Source: an uncultured archaeon
Lineage (GTDB): Archaea > Thermoplasmatota > Poseidoniia > MGIII > CG-Epi1
Length of the DNA: 35,114 nt
Assembly (NCBI GenBank): GCA_964342795.1
Contig: CAYFGG010000001.1
Coordinates: 1-35,114 of the forward strand
Reading direction: 5' to 3'
The notes under the pieces are model-generated. The model saw nothing but the letters and a program-made list of their open reading frames with translations, had not been told where the DNA came from and searched no databases. This document shows positions 19,450 through 28,044 of the stretch, in pieces. The position numbers and the translations under genes are program-made. Position 1 is the first letter of the stretch. Each line of letters starts with the position of its first letter.

Positions 19450-20057
19450 AACAAATAAGGAAAGATAAGAATTCCAGCCACGGTAAACATTATTCCGGCA
19501 ATAAATAGATCAATAATTTTCCACGATTCTGGATTATTCAATATTGGGGATAGACGTTTAGCACCATATCCCAAAGAAAAGAAAAATACGAAAGATGCTG
19601 TAGCAGCACCAATCCCAAACATTAGTTTCTCGTCTCCAACATAACTGCTGGATGCCCCGCCAATGAGTAGTAATGTGTCAACATATACGTGTGGATTAAG
19701 GTACGTGAACGCCAAACCTGCTAGAATGGTTGGCCAAAGTTCCTTTGATTCTTCCTCACCAACTTCCATTCCTTTAGGATTCAATGCTGATTTGATTCGC
19801 AAACATCCATAAAATATCAAGAACAAAGCTGCCCCTACTGACATCCAAATCGCTAATTCTTCTATCTCTGAAATGAAGAGGCCAACACCAAGGACTCCTG
19901 CGGCAATCAGCAGGGCATCTGAAATAGAACATACTAGACATGCAGCAAAAACATGTGTTCGCAACAACCCCTGCCTTAGTACAAATACATTCTGTGGACC
20001 AAGAGCAAGAATTAGTGAAATACTAATAAGAAAACCAGAAATAAAGGCTAATTCCAA
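19446..20057 (-). CDS. LysE/ArgO family basic amino-acid exporter
   Basis: 203 aa with about 6 TM segments and the N-terminal family motif LGPQNVFVLRQG. Confidence 0.85.
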   Translation of the reverse strand: MELAFISGFLISISLILALGPQNVFVLRQGLLRTHVFAACLVCSISDALLIAAGVLGVGLFISEIEELAIWMSVGAALFLIFYGCLRIKSALNPKGMEVGEEESKELWPTILAGLAFTYLNPHVYVDTLLLIGGASSSYVGDEKLMFGIGAATASFVFFFSLGYGAKRLSPILNNPESWKIIDLFIAGIMFTVAGILIFPYLF

Positions 20058-20062
20058 GATAA

Positions 20063-20179
20063 TTATTCTGATTCCTCAGACTCTTCGTAGTCCATAGGCA
20101 CCCACTTTTCCTGTCCGGTCTTAGGGTCCTTAATCATCTTGACAGCCTTGCCCTTGATGAAAGCCTTGAAATCAACCAT
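20063..20179 (-). CDS. possible 38-aa small basic/acidic-tailed protein; not in the ORF track
   Basis: My translation is MVDFKAFIKGKAVKMIKDPKTGQEKWVPMDYEESEESE. A TATA-like TAATATAG is centred ~23 nt upstream of its ATG, so it may be leaderless. The stop lies 5 nt before the LysE start. No family assignment is possible by eye. Confidence 0.3.
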   Translation of the reverse strand: MVDFKAFIKGKAVKMIKDPKTGQEKWVPMDYEESEESE

Positions 20180-20247
20180 ATTATCGCATCGAATGCGCTA
20201 TATTAGCTTTAATGGTAAGCTAAAAAAGGTAGGTTAGATGGTCAACT

Positions 20248-20547
20248 GTGAAACTGGAAAACACACCTGAGAATGCTGAAGTCTACGATGAGACTGATGA
20301 ATACATCATCATAGACAATATGGAGATGATGCCGATGATAGTCTGGAAAGATAAGAACGTTATCAGAGATCTAAAAGTAAGTAGAACAATGAAAAAAGCA
20401 TTACAGAATGTAGGTGAAGAAAAATACGGGAGAGGTAATTTTTTTGTGGATAGATTTCCTGAAGGTGATGAGAAATACCTAACCTGGTATTGCAGACCTA
20501 ATATGAACCCTGAAATGATAAAGGAAAAATCAAAGAACCGCGGTTAG
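20248..20547 (+). CDS. hypothetical protein (99 aa from GTG; first in-frame ATG gives 75 aa)
   Basis: ORF only, with no motif recognised and an uncertain start. The 3' end overlaps the convergent MiaB-like gene by 18 nt. Confidence 0.35.
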   Translation: MKLENTPENAEVYDETDEYIIIDNMEMMPMIVWKDKNVIRDLKVSRTMKKALQNVGEEKYGRGNFFVDRFPEGDEKYLTWYCRPNMNPEMIKEKSKNRG

Positions 20548-21750
20548 AAAAGCATATTCTGAATCTACTATTTCCACATCGTAGAATTCACCCAACGGCA
20601 ATTCTTCTTTTACTATAATCGGACGATAATTATCATCTCTACAAAGTGTACTTCCAGGTCTTTGATTCTCTATGGACAAAACTGAGGTTTTTCTTCCCAC
20701 AAATCTTTTGAAACTCTTTGCGCCCAATTCTTGTCTTAGAGTTGTAAGTTCCTTTGAACGGTTCTTAACTATCTTACCATTAAGTCTCTTGTATTTGGCT
20801 GCTGGCGTTCCAGTTCTAGGTGAAAAACGAGTTATGTTGACTAAATCTGGTAGGAGACGTCTGAGCAAATCAATAGTGGCCTGATGGTCCTCATCTGTTT
20901 CTCCTGGAAATCCAGTTATGATGTCTGTGGTTATCATCATTTCTGGGTAATGAGAACGGAATGTGTCTACAACCTCCCAAAAATCATCCAAAGTGTGATC
21001 CCTTAACATTGCATCAAGCATCTTCTGTGACCCAGATTGAATTGGAAGATGCATGAACTTGTAAGTCCGATTATCGCCCCATGCTCTTGCCATTTGCTCT
21101 GAACGACCAGCTACCAACATTGGATTCAGCATACCCACTCTAAGCCTGAAATCCCCCTCTAAATGCGATAATTCAGTTAACAGACTCTCCAGACTGGAAT
21201 CACTATCTGCACCAAATGCACCATTATCTTGAGATGTGAGAAGTAATTCCTTGCTTCCTGAATCTATAGCATATTGAGCCTTGAAAAATATGTCATTCAC
21301 AGAACGTGAGGTTACTCTTCCTCTAGCCCTAAGTGTAGCACAATAGGTACAACGTCCTAGACAGCCTGAAGAGATTGGCAATATTGAAGTTAAAGGAGAA
21401 GCTTGTTTCTCGGGTTTACAGCCGCCTCTTCCAATAAGGTCACCTAATCCATCTATATCTCCAGGTGATACAAGAGGGGCTTCTGGGAATCTAGAATTCA
21501 AACGCTTGGTATCTGCAGTAGCCATACATCCACTAACAATTACATTCTTTCCTTGATCAATCAATTCAGATATGCGCCTTTCCATCTTATTCTGTGTTGA
21601 TTCTATAACCGTACAAGTTCCCATTACCACCGTTTCTGCATTATCTGAACTGAGAGCTATCTCATGTCCTAATTCTATAGCATGGTCTCTCATCTCGATA
21701 GTTTCGCCTTGATTGGCGGTACAACCATAACCCTCAAACCAAATTGACAC
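20530..21750 (-). CDS. MiaB-like radical-SAM tRNA methylthiotransferase, archaeal type (MtaB/CDKAL1-like)
   Basis: 406 aa with a UPF0004 N-domain (GCTANQGE...TCTV...SGCM), the radical-SAM cluster SSGCLGRCTYCA and a C-terminal TRAM-like domain. Confidence 0.88.
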   Translation of the reverse strand: MSIWFEGYGCTANQGETIEMRDHAIELGHEIALSSDNAETVVMGTCTVIESTQNKMERRISELIDQGKNVIVSGCMATADTKRLNSRFPEAPLVSPGDIDGLGDLIGRGGCKPEKQASPLTSILPISSGCLGRCTYCATLRARGRVTSRSVNDIFFKAQYAIDSGSKELLLTSQDNGAFGADSDSSLESLLTELSHLEGDFRLRVGMLNPMLVAGRSEQMARAWGDNRTYKFMHLPIQSGSQKMLDAMLRDHTLDDFWEVVDTFRSHYPEMMITTDIITGFPGETDEDHQATIDLLRRLLPDLVNITRFSPRTGTPAAKYKRLNGKIVKNRSKELTTLRQELGAKSFKRFVGRKTSVLSIENQRPGSTLCRDDNYRPIIVKEELPLGEFYDVEIVDSEYAFLTAVL

Positions 21751-21797
21751 GATTTTCTAACAAATCCCCTAATTAAGACCCTTCCGCTAAGATTGAA

Positions 21798-22382
21798 GTG
21801 CTTGTAAACCTTGAAGGAATTGATGGCTGTGGAAAATCAACCCAGTCCAAACTATTGAAGAATAAATTGGAAGAGATAGGAGATAAAGTCATAATTCTGA
21901 AAGAACCTACAAAAAGACCTCATGGACAGAAATTGTGGGATATGCTCCGTGGAAAAAGAAAAGCAACCAATGAAGAGATCCTAGATTTGTTTGTGCTTGA
22001 TAGAACTCAACACGTTGAGGAGAGAATACAACCCGCTCTAGATGATGGAACTGTGGTTCTGATGGACCGATATTACTACTCCTCAATGGCTTACCAAGTT
22101 GCTGGAGGGATTGATGTAAATGTAATCCGAGAAAGGCACGCATTTGCTCCAAAACCTGACATTGTTCTGATCTTTGATCTGCCCGTTACAGTCGCTCTAG
22201 AAAGAGTCCGAGGGCATAGTGAGGCAGACGAATTCGAAAAGGAAGACCATCTAGAGAAGGTCAGAGAAGCTTACCTCAATCTTAGAAGTGATCCTTTGGT
22301 AAGAATTGTTGACTCTGCAAGGGTACCTGAAGAAATATTCGAGGAAGTCTGGAAATTAGTCTCAGAGGTAAGAAATGGATGA
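21798..22382 (+). CDS. tmk: thymidylate kinase
   Basis: 194 aa with the P-loop LEGIDGCGKSTQ and the DRY motif (LMDRYYYSS). GTG start. Confidence 0.9.
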   Translation: MLVNLEGIDGCGKSTQSKLLKNKLEEIGDKVIILKEPTKRPHGQKLWDMLRGKRKATNEEILDLFVLDRTQHVEERIQPALDDGTVVLMDRYYYSSMAYQVAGGIDVNVIRERHAFAPKPDIVLIFDLPVTVALERVRGHSEADEFEKEDHLEKVREAYLNLRSDPLVRIVDSARVPEEIFEEVWKLVSEVRNG

Positions 22383-22842
22383 GATGCTTTTCTATGCAAA
22401 AATAGTCTTGCTAGTTGTATTATTGTATGATGTACTCATATTATTCCGAAAGCCTGAAGAAGGAAGTGAAGTAGTCAAACTAGATTTTTGGAAAGAGATG
22501 GAACGAAAAGGAATCAACGCTTTCCTAATTCCTAGCACTATGGTATTCATTATCTGCTTGGATATCGTTCAAGAAGTTGAGATTTATCTTTCAACGGCAC
22601 TTTTTGTACTTAGTATGATTTACCTCGGATATCCTCGTCCTTTTGCATTTGGTGACGGTGGAATCCTACTTGATGGGAAGACCATTACCAAGGATAGAAT
22701 TCTTAGAGCAAAGAAAACGGAAGATGGAGCTCAGATATCAATTGAATGGTACGGCTGGCTGATGAAGAAAGAACTGCCGACTTCTAATGTTACGGATTCA
22801 ATCCTAGAAGAATTTAGTGATTCAGGTTCTTCTTCGGATTGA
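22375..22842 (+). CDS. hypothetical membrane protein (about 3 TM plus a soluble C-terminal domain)
   Basis: 155 aa. Its start overlaps the tmk stop (aATGGATGA). The hydrophobic segments are IVLLVVLLYDVLILF, FLIPSTMVFIICL and LSTALFVLSMIYLGY. Confidence 0.55.
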   Translation: MDEMLFYAKIVLLVVLLYDVLILFRKPEEGSEVVKLDFWKEMERKGINAFLIPSTMVFIICLDIVQEVEIYLSTALFVLSMIYLGYPRPFAFGDGGILLDGKTITKDRILRAKKTEDGAQISIEWYGWLMKKELPTSNVTDSILEEFSDSGSSSD

Positions 22843-25800
22843 GGCAACCGCAAGAGTCGTGATGATTAGGCTTACTATACCTAGTGCAGGAACTTCTACT
22901 CGCTCTAACTCTTCTTCAGTTTCTTCTTCTTTAGTTTCTTCTTCTTTAGTTTCTTCTTCTTTAGTTTCTTCTTCTGATAAAGGGCTAGATTCGGTCATGA
23001 ATCTCACGCTGTAATCTACTATATCATCAATAGTTTCTAAATCTGAGCCAGCTTCTCCTGGGTAGAACTCGATTTTGTCACCAGCGCTCAACATACAATT
23101 GAGATCATTGTCAACAAATGCCACTGCTTTACCTGCCGGAACATGACCTTGGTAATATATGTCACTTAACAAGCCATCATAAACAGTATTTCCTTCCTCA
23201 TCTAGTAGATACCAATGTACCAAATCAATAGATAACTTTGGTTCGGACACTTTGACGGTTTGAACCTGCCATGCACCTGACCCATCCTCACTTGCTATCC
23301 AAGAAGCTGTAGGGGATGATCTTGCGAGGACAATATCATAGCCTATAACTTCTCCTCCTTTGATTCCAGTTGTAGTCTGATACTCCGTTACGCGGTGCAT
23401 GTAAGTGGTTTCGTGGTGAGTGGAGTCGGTCGAAACATTAACTGAGATTGGAAATGATTCTTCACTACTATGCTCTTGACCTGGGACCCAATCAATGGTG
23501 ATAGTAACCTGCTCACCTAGGTCAAGTGATGGAATGGTTTGAACCTGCCCCAATTGAACGTCATCAATATAGAATGTTACATCGATATCAGTCGCGGTTC
23601 CTCCTGCATTTAGTATTTCAGCCCAAAAGGTCACTGTATCTGCAGTTTCCCCTTCGCGTAAGCAAGTAGAGAAAGGCAGATATAATTCCACATACAACTC
23701 AGGATTGGTTTGAACTAAACAACCATATTCATCTACTTCTTCACCCGCTATAGTATCTGGACAATAATCCATGTCATCTGTGATTCCATCATTATCACTA
23801 TCTTTTTGAGAATCTGAACAACCATATTCATCTACTTCTTCACCCGCTATAGTATCTGGACATTCGTCAGCATCATCAGTTATACCATCAGAATCTGTAT
23901 CTCTCTGAGAATCTGAGCAACCATAATCGTCTACTTCTTCACCTGCTATAGTATCTGGACAGTTATCAACACCATTAATTATACCATCAGAATCATTATC
24001 TCTCTGCGAATATGAACAACCGTATTCATCTGCTTCTTCACCATCTGGAGTGCCAGGACATTCATCATACGAATTACCAACACAATCATCATCTTCATCA
24101 TCTCCATCAGAAAAAATGCAGACCTTTACTGTCCTTGAATTATTTGCGGGGAAGAAATCTTTACCGTACGGCGCTAATACTTCTACAGTTACGTAATATG
24201 CATCAGAATAAGGAGTTTCGAATAAAACAAATAACTCTGTCTGTTCCTCAGCACCTTCAGCTGTGATATCCCCATAGCGTGAATCCCCATTAAGTTGCCA
24301 AATGCTCGGTTCCGAGTAGTCAAGATAGTCCGACATGTCATCACCTTGAGAATTAGTTACTGAGAATCTAACGGGTAAATCGGACCACGGTGATTCACCA
24401 GCATTAATGACCGTAGCGTTAATCTCTCTCCACAAGCTATTACCTTCTGAATCCTTGACAATCATATCATCACCTTCACGGACTGAAATATCTCCAACTG
24501 CGACATCTCTAGTCAATTTTCCAGTTCCTCTAATTATAAAGTCATCAATGAACAATCCTGAATACGGCTGGTCTGAACTTTCCGTAATTTGGTCATCATC
24601 TGTATCCATCTGAATACGAATGTAGACATAATCTGCATCATCACTACCATACCATTCACTATCTAATTCAAGACCCGGATATCTTGTATTTTCGCCTTGA
24701 TGCATATACCAGGCCCCTTCATTTGCACAAAGACCTGATTCTGAATATATATTAGACCAAGAATAGCCCTCATCCTTTGATATCTGGAGTCTATGGTAAT
24801 CTCCTGATTCAAGACATCCTGAATAAAAATAATTAACGACTACTTCCTCCATTCCTGAAAAATCAAAAGGGCCAAACATGACATAATCATCCTGATTGGG
24901 ATTTGGAACGAATTTAGGGCAATCGGGATCGCTCATATCTCCCCAGTCACAAAATTCATCCGAATTAGCATCATCCTTGTACCATGCATTTTGATTAAAT
25001 GAAGCTAGGGCATAATCTCCATTTTTAGCTACAAAAAATCCTGTGTGGTTTAGGGTACCGTCATCTTCGTCACAATCTTCTGAAACTTCTGATGCCCAGC
25101 CACAGCCATCTGCATCCCAATCATAGCTGTCTACTAAATGCCAATTTACACCATCATAAGAGGAAGCACCATTATCATCAGTATCTCCTAAATAATAATA
25201 ATAACCAATAGTGCCTGGTTCAAAAGTTTGGACGTAAGCAGCTGTAAATATTTTAGTTATTATTTTATTATTGCTAGGATTAGTATCTGAACCACCAACT
25301 TCTACATCTAAAGTGAATAGACCAGATAGTCTCGTCATAGTAGGAATGGCATAGTATTCAGATTCGCCCTCATACACTCTTTGATATCTGTCATTTGCTT
25401 TAGCAAAATTGAAAATAATTGTCTCTCCTGGTTCTAATACTTCTTCAATATACATAGGATGGTCTTCAGGAAATGCGCGAGTGTCGAGAGTATTATCATA
25501 AAGTACCAAACCTTCTTCTGTCTTCATTTTTAATCTGACATTTACTGAACCTACAGCTTCATTACCATAATTTGTAACTCCGACTTTTATTTCGATAGGG
25601 ACATTTGCATCAATTTCACCGTGTGCATGATGACGGGGAATTTCAAGTGAACTTATACCTAAATCATTATCTTGTGTTGTTTCTTCTTCAACTTCCATCC
25701 AGTCAAGTATTGTTGCAAAGAAATCTGCCCTTTCGCTTCTTTCATTAAAAACGCCTATTTCGTTAGCAAATGTGAAGGCTTTGTGATTTTGATTACCTAC

Positions 25801-26544
25801 ATAATCATCCACTGGGAACTGAACTGCATGATATTCATGGCCATCTGATGAGCCCATACGGGCGTTCATCCAGAATGCACCTGTGGCTGTATTATCGAAT
25901 GGTTTGATACCACAAGGTCTATCCATATAGTAAGTCCCTGCTGTATCTGTTGCAAAATCTTTGTTATCAAATATAGAATCACTAACACCATCCATTGGAT
26001 TAGAAGTGCCATCTACGACAAGATAACTAGAAACCTCTGTGTCTGCATGAAGATAATTATTCAAAAATGAACTCTGTCCCCAATCAACCCAATCAATCAT
26101 CTGTGTTAACAATATAATGTTTCTGGTTTGTGCACAAAAATTATCTACCTCGCCACAATCTCCATCCAAATAATGTTCCATTACGTCAACTTCTGATGAA
26201 CTCAAAATATTAGTATTCCATCCAGAATACCAAATTACAACTTCATAGTTATCGACCATGGAAAGACCGGCTTCACCTGATGGAAGCTCATAATTGTCTC
26301 CATCGAACTGTCCTGTTCTAAAAATATCATAAGAATAGCCTCCATCATTTAATGCTGTAACAATATGAGTAGCCTCAAGATATGGACCTGAATATTGCAA
26401 CTCCATATCATCATCAACAAGCAAGATTTTAGACTCACCTGGCTCTTTAGCAGCTGGAGAAAATTTACCTGTTTCAGATTGAGCTGAGGTACTGAAAAAA
26501 ACCGCAACCAAAACACAAATTAAAAAAAATCGGAATGATTTCAT
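22822..26544 (-). CDS. large secreted, C-terminally anchored surface protein with thrombospondin-type-3-like Ca-binding repeats
   Basis: 1240 aa with a Sec-type signal MKSFRFFLICVLVAVFFSTSAQS. It has 3-4 copies of a 33-aa unit CPDTIAGEEVDxYGCSDSQ(R/K)DxDxDGIxDDxDx, containing the DxDxDGxxDxxDxCP motif. An (EETKE)n linker is followed by the TM segment VPALGIVSLIITTLAVASIRRRT. Confidence 0.85.
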   Translation of the reverse strand: MKSFRFFLICVLVAVFFSTSAQSETGKFSPAAKEPGESKILLVDDDMELQYSGPYLEATHIVTALNDGGYSYDIFRTGQFDGDNYELPSGEAGLSMVDNYEVVIWYSGWNTNILSSSEVDVMEHYLDGDCGEVDNFCAQTRNIILLTQMIDWVDWGQSSFLNNYLHADTEVSSYLVVDGTSNPMDGVSDSIFDNKDFATDTAGTYYMDRPCGIKPFDNTATGAFWMNARMGSSDGHEYHAVQFPVDDYVGNQNHKAFTFANEIGVFNERSERADFFATILDWMEVEEETTQDNDLGISSLEIPRHHAHGEIDANVPIEIKVGVTNYGNEAVGSVNVRLKMKTEEGLVLYDNTLDTRAFPEDHPMYIEEVLEPGETIIFNFAKANDRYQRVYEGESEYYAIPTMTRLSGLFTLDVEVGGSDTNPSNNKIITKIFTAAYVQTFEPGTIGYYYYLGDTDDNGASSYDGVNWHLVDSYDWDADGCGWASEVSEDCDEDDGTLNHTGFFVAKNGDYALASFNQNAWYKDDANSDEFCDWGDMSDPDCPKFVPNPNQDDYVMFGPFDFSGMEEVVVNYFYSGCLESGDYHRLQISKDEGYSWSNIYSESGLCANEGAWYMHQGENTRYPGLELDSEWYGSDDADYVYIRIQMDTDDDQITESSDQPYSGLFIDDFIIRGTGKLTRDVAVGDISVREGDDMIVKDSEGNSLWREINATVINAGESPWSDLPVRFSVTNSQGDDMSDYLDYSEPSIWQLNGDSRYGDITAEGAEEQTELFVLFETPYSDAYYVTVEVLAPYGKDFFPANNSRTVKVCIFSDGDDEDDDCVGNSYDECPGTPDGEEADEYGCSYSQRDNDSDGIINGVDNCPDTIAGEEVDDYGCSDSQRDTDSDGITDDADECPDTIAGEEVDEYGCSDSQKDSDNDGITDDMDYCPDTIAGEEVDEYGCLVQTNPELYVELYLPFSTCLREGETADTVTFWAEILNAGGTATDIDVTFYIDDVQLGQVQTIPSLDLGEQVTITIDWVPGQEHSSEESFPISVNVSTDSTHHETTYMHRVTEYQTTTGIKGGEVIGYDIVLARSSPTASWIASEDGSGAWQVQTVKVSEPKLSIDLVHWYLLDEEGNTVYDGLLSDIYYQGHVPAGKAVAFVDNDLNCMLSAGDKIEFYPGEAGSDLETIDDIVDYSVRFMTESSPLSEEETKEEETKEEETKEEETEEELERVEVPALGIVSLIITTLAVASIRRRT
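22918..22975 (-). repeat. 15-nt tandem repeat (~3.9 copies) encoding the (EETKE)n acidic linker
   Basis: The plus-strand unit AGTTTCTTCTTCTTT starts at 22918, 22933, 22948 and 22963. It is in-frame and lies inside the 1240-aa CDS. Confidence 0.9.
23720..24060 (-). repeat. 99-nt tandem repeat (~3.4 copies) encoding the TSP3-like units
   Basis: A 44-nt block, CAACCATATTCATCTACTTCTTCACCCGCTATAGTATCTGGACA, is identical at 23720-23763 and 23819-23862. It matches 41 of 44 nt at 23918-23961, and a degenerate copy starts near 24017. Confidence 0.9.
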
Positions 26545-26565
26545 TTAACCTCATTGAATTCTATA

Positions 26566-26636
26566 TTTATATCAATATTGCCGACTAAGAAAAAATACCC
26601 AAAACACACTGAAATATACTGTACATTCCTGATTGC
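26566..26636 (-). repeat. copy A of the ~70-nt direct repeat (TATA-like promoter plus a cysS-tail-like 14-codon frame), upstream of the 1240-aa gene
   Basis: TTTATATCAATAT (26566-26578) lies exactly 21 nt from the start codon at 26544. The frame 26626-26585 reads ATG TAC AGT ATA TTT CAG TGT GTT TTG GGT ATT TTT TCT TAG. Confidence 0.8.
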
Positions 26637-26664
26637 GAAGTGACTGATTCGATTTTAGATGAGT

Positions 26665-28023
26665 TTATATCTTAGTTTCTTTCCTAGACATCATATAAAT
26701 CGATACTATGGCTAAAACAGTAATTACTAATCCAATTATCATATTTCTGGATAAAGTTATGCTTAAATCTTCTGAAATAGATTCTTGGCCTGCAAAAAAT
26801 TCATCACAATAACCTTTGGTGAAAGGGTCGTCTGCTTCCCGCCCTGTAACGGCGTAACAATCATTAATATCCTTAGATGAACTCCAAGACTCACAGCCTG
26901 AATCATCCTTACCATAACCATCACAATATGTATCAATCATGGAAGCGCAAGTTGCTCCGTCTTCATTAGTTACACCTTCGGCACAATATTCTCTTGTTTC
27001 ATCACAAAAAGTTGTATTTGTAAATGAACAATTGTATCCTGTTCCTTCCCAACCTATGAGCTCTGCTTCGACAATTTGAAAGTCTATCCAGCAAGTAGCG
27101 GGATTATATATTGAACCTGAATTGAAAACTAACCTAATCGTATAATCACCTAGTGAAGCATTATTTATGGAAAAATTGATTTGATCTGAGAAACTACTGT
27201 TTCCAGGTGTACTTGCTCCACTTACCACAGGATAAGATTGTAACGAATTAAGCGAAAGGAAATCTAGGCTGGGTTCTCCATAACTGTCTGCACCCTCTAC
27301 ATCATAATAGACTGACCAATTAATTGTGTAAAAATCATCAAGATAACCCGTATTGATTAAAGTAAAATTCCAAGTTATGAAGGATGATGACTTAGAAACT
27401 AAATTATCTCCAGTAGTAGTTCCGTTACATACTATTCCGAAATCTACGGCCGCATCAATTACTACTCTTTGTGTATAATAAGAGTAACTTGTTAATTCAA
27501 TAGTTATTGTATTAGTGACATTACTTGATGCTGAGGCTGGTGTGGTGTCGTTTTTACAATTATCACTGCCGCAAGTATCTGTATGATTTTCAGGATCATC
27601 GTCATAATCTCCTGAATACCATCTAGGGTCTGTTATAGCATTAATTTGTAAGGCATTAGTATTACCAGAATAACAAGACTGAGTACATAAAATTAGCAAT
27701 TGTACTGTAGCTTCTGAGCCTTTATCTACTGTAATAACATTATCTGGTAATTCATCGCCGCTAATATCTACAAAAGATGATGACCATGTAACTCCAGTAA
27801 CCCAATTAGTAGCCATATAAACATCCATTGTCCTGTAACGTGTATCTGAGCTATCAAGTGTTAGTGTGATAACCAATTGCTCACCAGACACTATATCCAA
27901 ATCACAATCATCCCCGCAATCTGCTTCAATACTAACTGGAGAGGGGGCAGCTTCTGCACCGCCAAAATTACTAAAAACTACTAAGAATAATCCAGCCATT
28001 AGATAAAATTGCCAGCCCTTCAT
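26665..28023 (-). CDS. secreted, C-terminally anchored, Cys-rich and N-glycosylation-sequon-rich surface protein (function unknown)
   Basis: 452 aa with the signal MKGWQFYLMAGLFLVVFSNFGGAEA. At least 11 N-x-S/T sequons are present. A Cys-rich membrane-proximal stalk precedes the TM segment IIGLVITVLAIVSIYMMSRKETKI. Confidence 0.8.
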   Translation of the reverse strand: MKGWQFYLMAGLFLVVFSNFGGAEAAPSPVSIEADCGDDCDLDIVSGEQLVITLTLDSSDTRYRTMDVYMATNWVTGVTWSSSFVDISGDELPDNVITVDKGSEATVQLLILCTQSCYSGNTNALQINAITDPRWYSGDYDDDPENHTDTCGSDNCKNDTTPASASSNVTNTITIELTSYSYYTQRVVIDAAVDFGIVCNGTTTGDNLVSKSSSFITWNFTLINTGYLDDFYTINWSVYYDVEGADSYGEPSLDFLSLNSLQSYPVVSGASTPGNSSFSDQINFSINNASLGDYTIRLVFNSGSIYNPATCWIDFQIVEAELIGWEGTGYNCSFTNTTFCDETREYCAEGVTNEDGATCASMIDTYCDGYGKDDSGCESWSSSKDINDCYAVTGREADDPFTKGYCDEFFAGQESISEDLSITLSRNMIIGLVITVLAIVSIYMMSRKETKI

Positions 28024-28044
28024 AATATCTGGATTTTGAGAGTG

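Noticed and set aside
22817-23014. Plus-strand 65-aa Ser-rich ORF (SSLVSSSLVSSSLVSS)
   Set aside because: It is an antisense artefact of the 15-nt coding repeat in the 1240-aa gene.
22918-24060. CRISPR-like or mobile-element-like repeat arrays
   Set aside because: The 15-nt and 99-nt repeats are tandem without unique spacers. They are in-frame and encode recognisable protein repeats (an EETKE linker and TSP3-like units) inside a long ORF.
26585-26626. The 13-aa frame MYSIFQCVLGIFS as an independent micro-peptide gene
   Set aside because: It is not called as a feature. It lies upstream of the predicted TATA box of the next gene and has no SD or TATA of its own. Its counterpart is simply the C-terminus of cysS. 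The coding-like substitution pattern rests on only six differences. It is kept as an open alternative inside the repeat finding.
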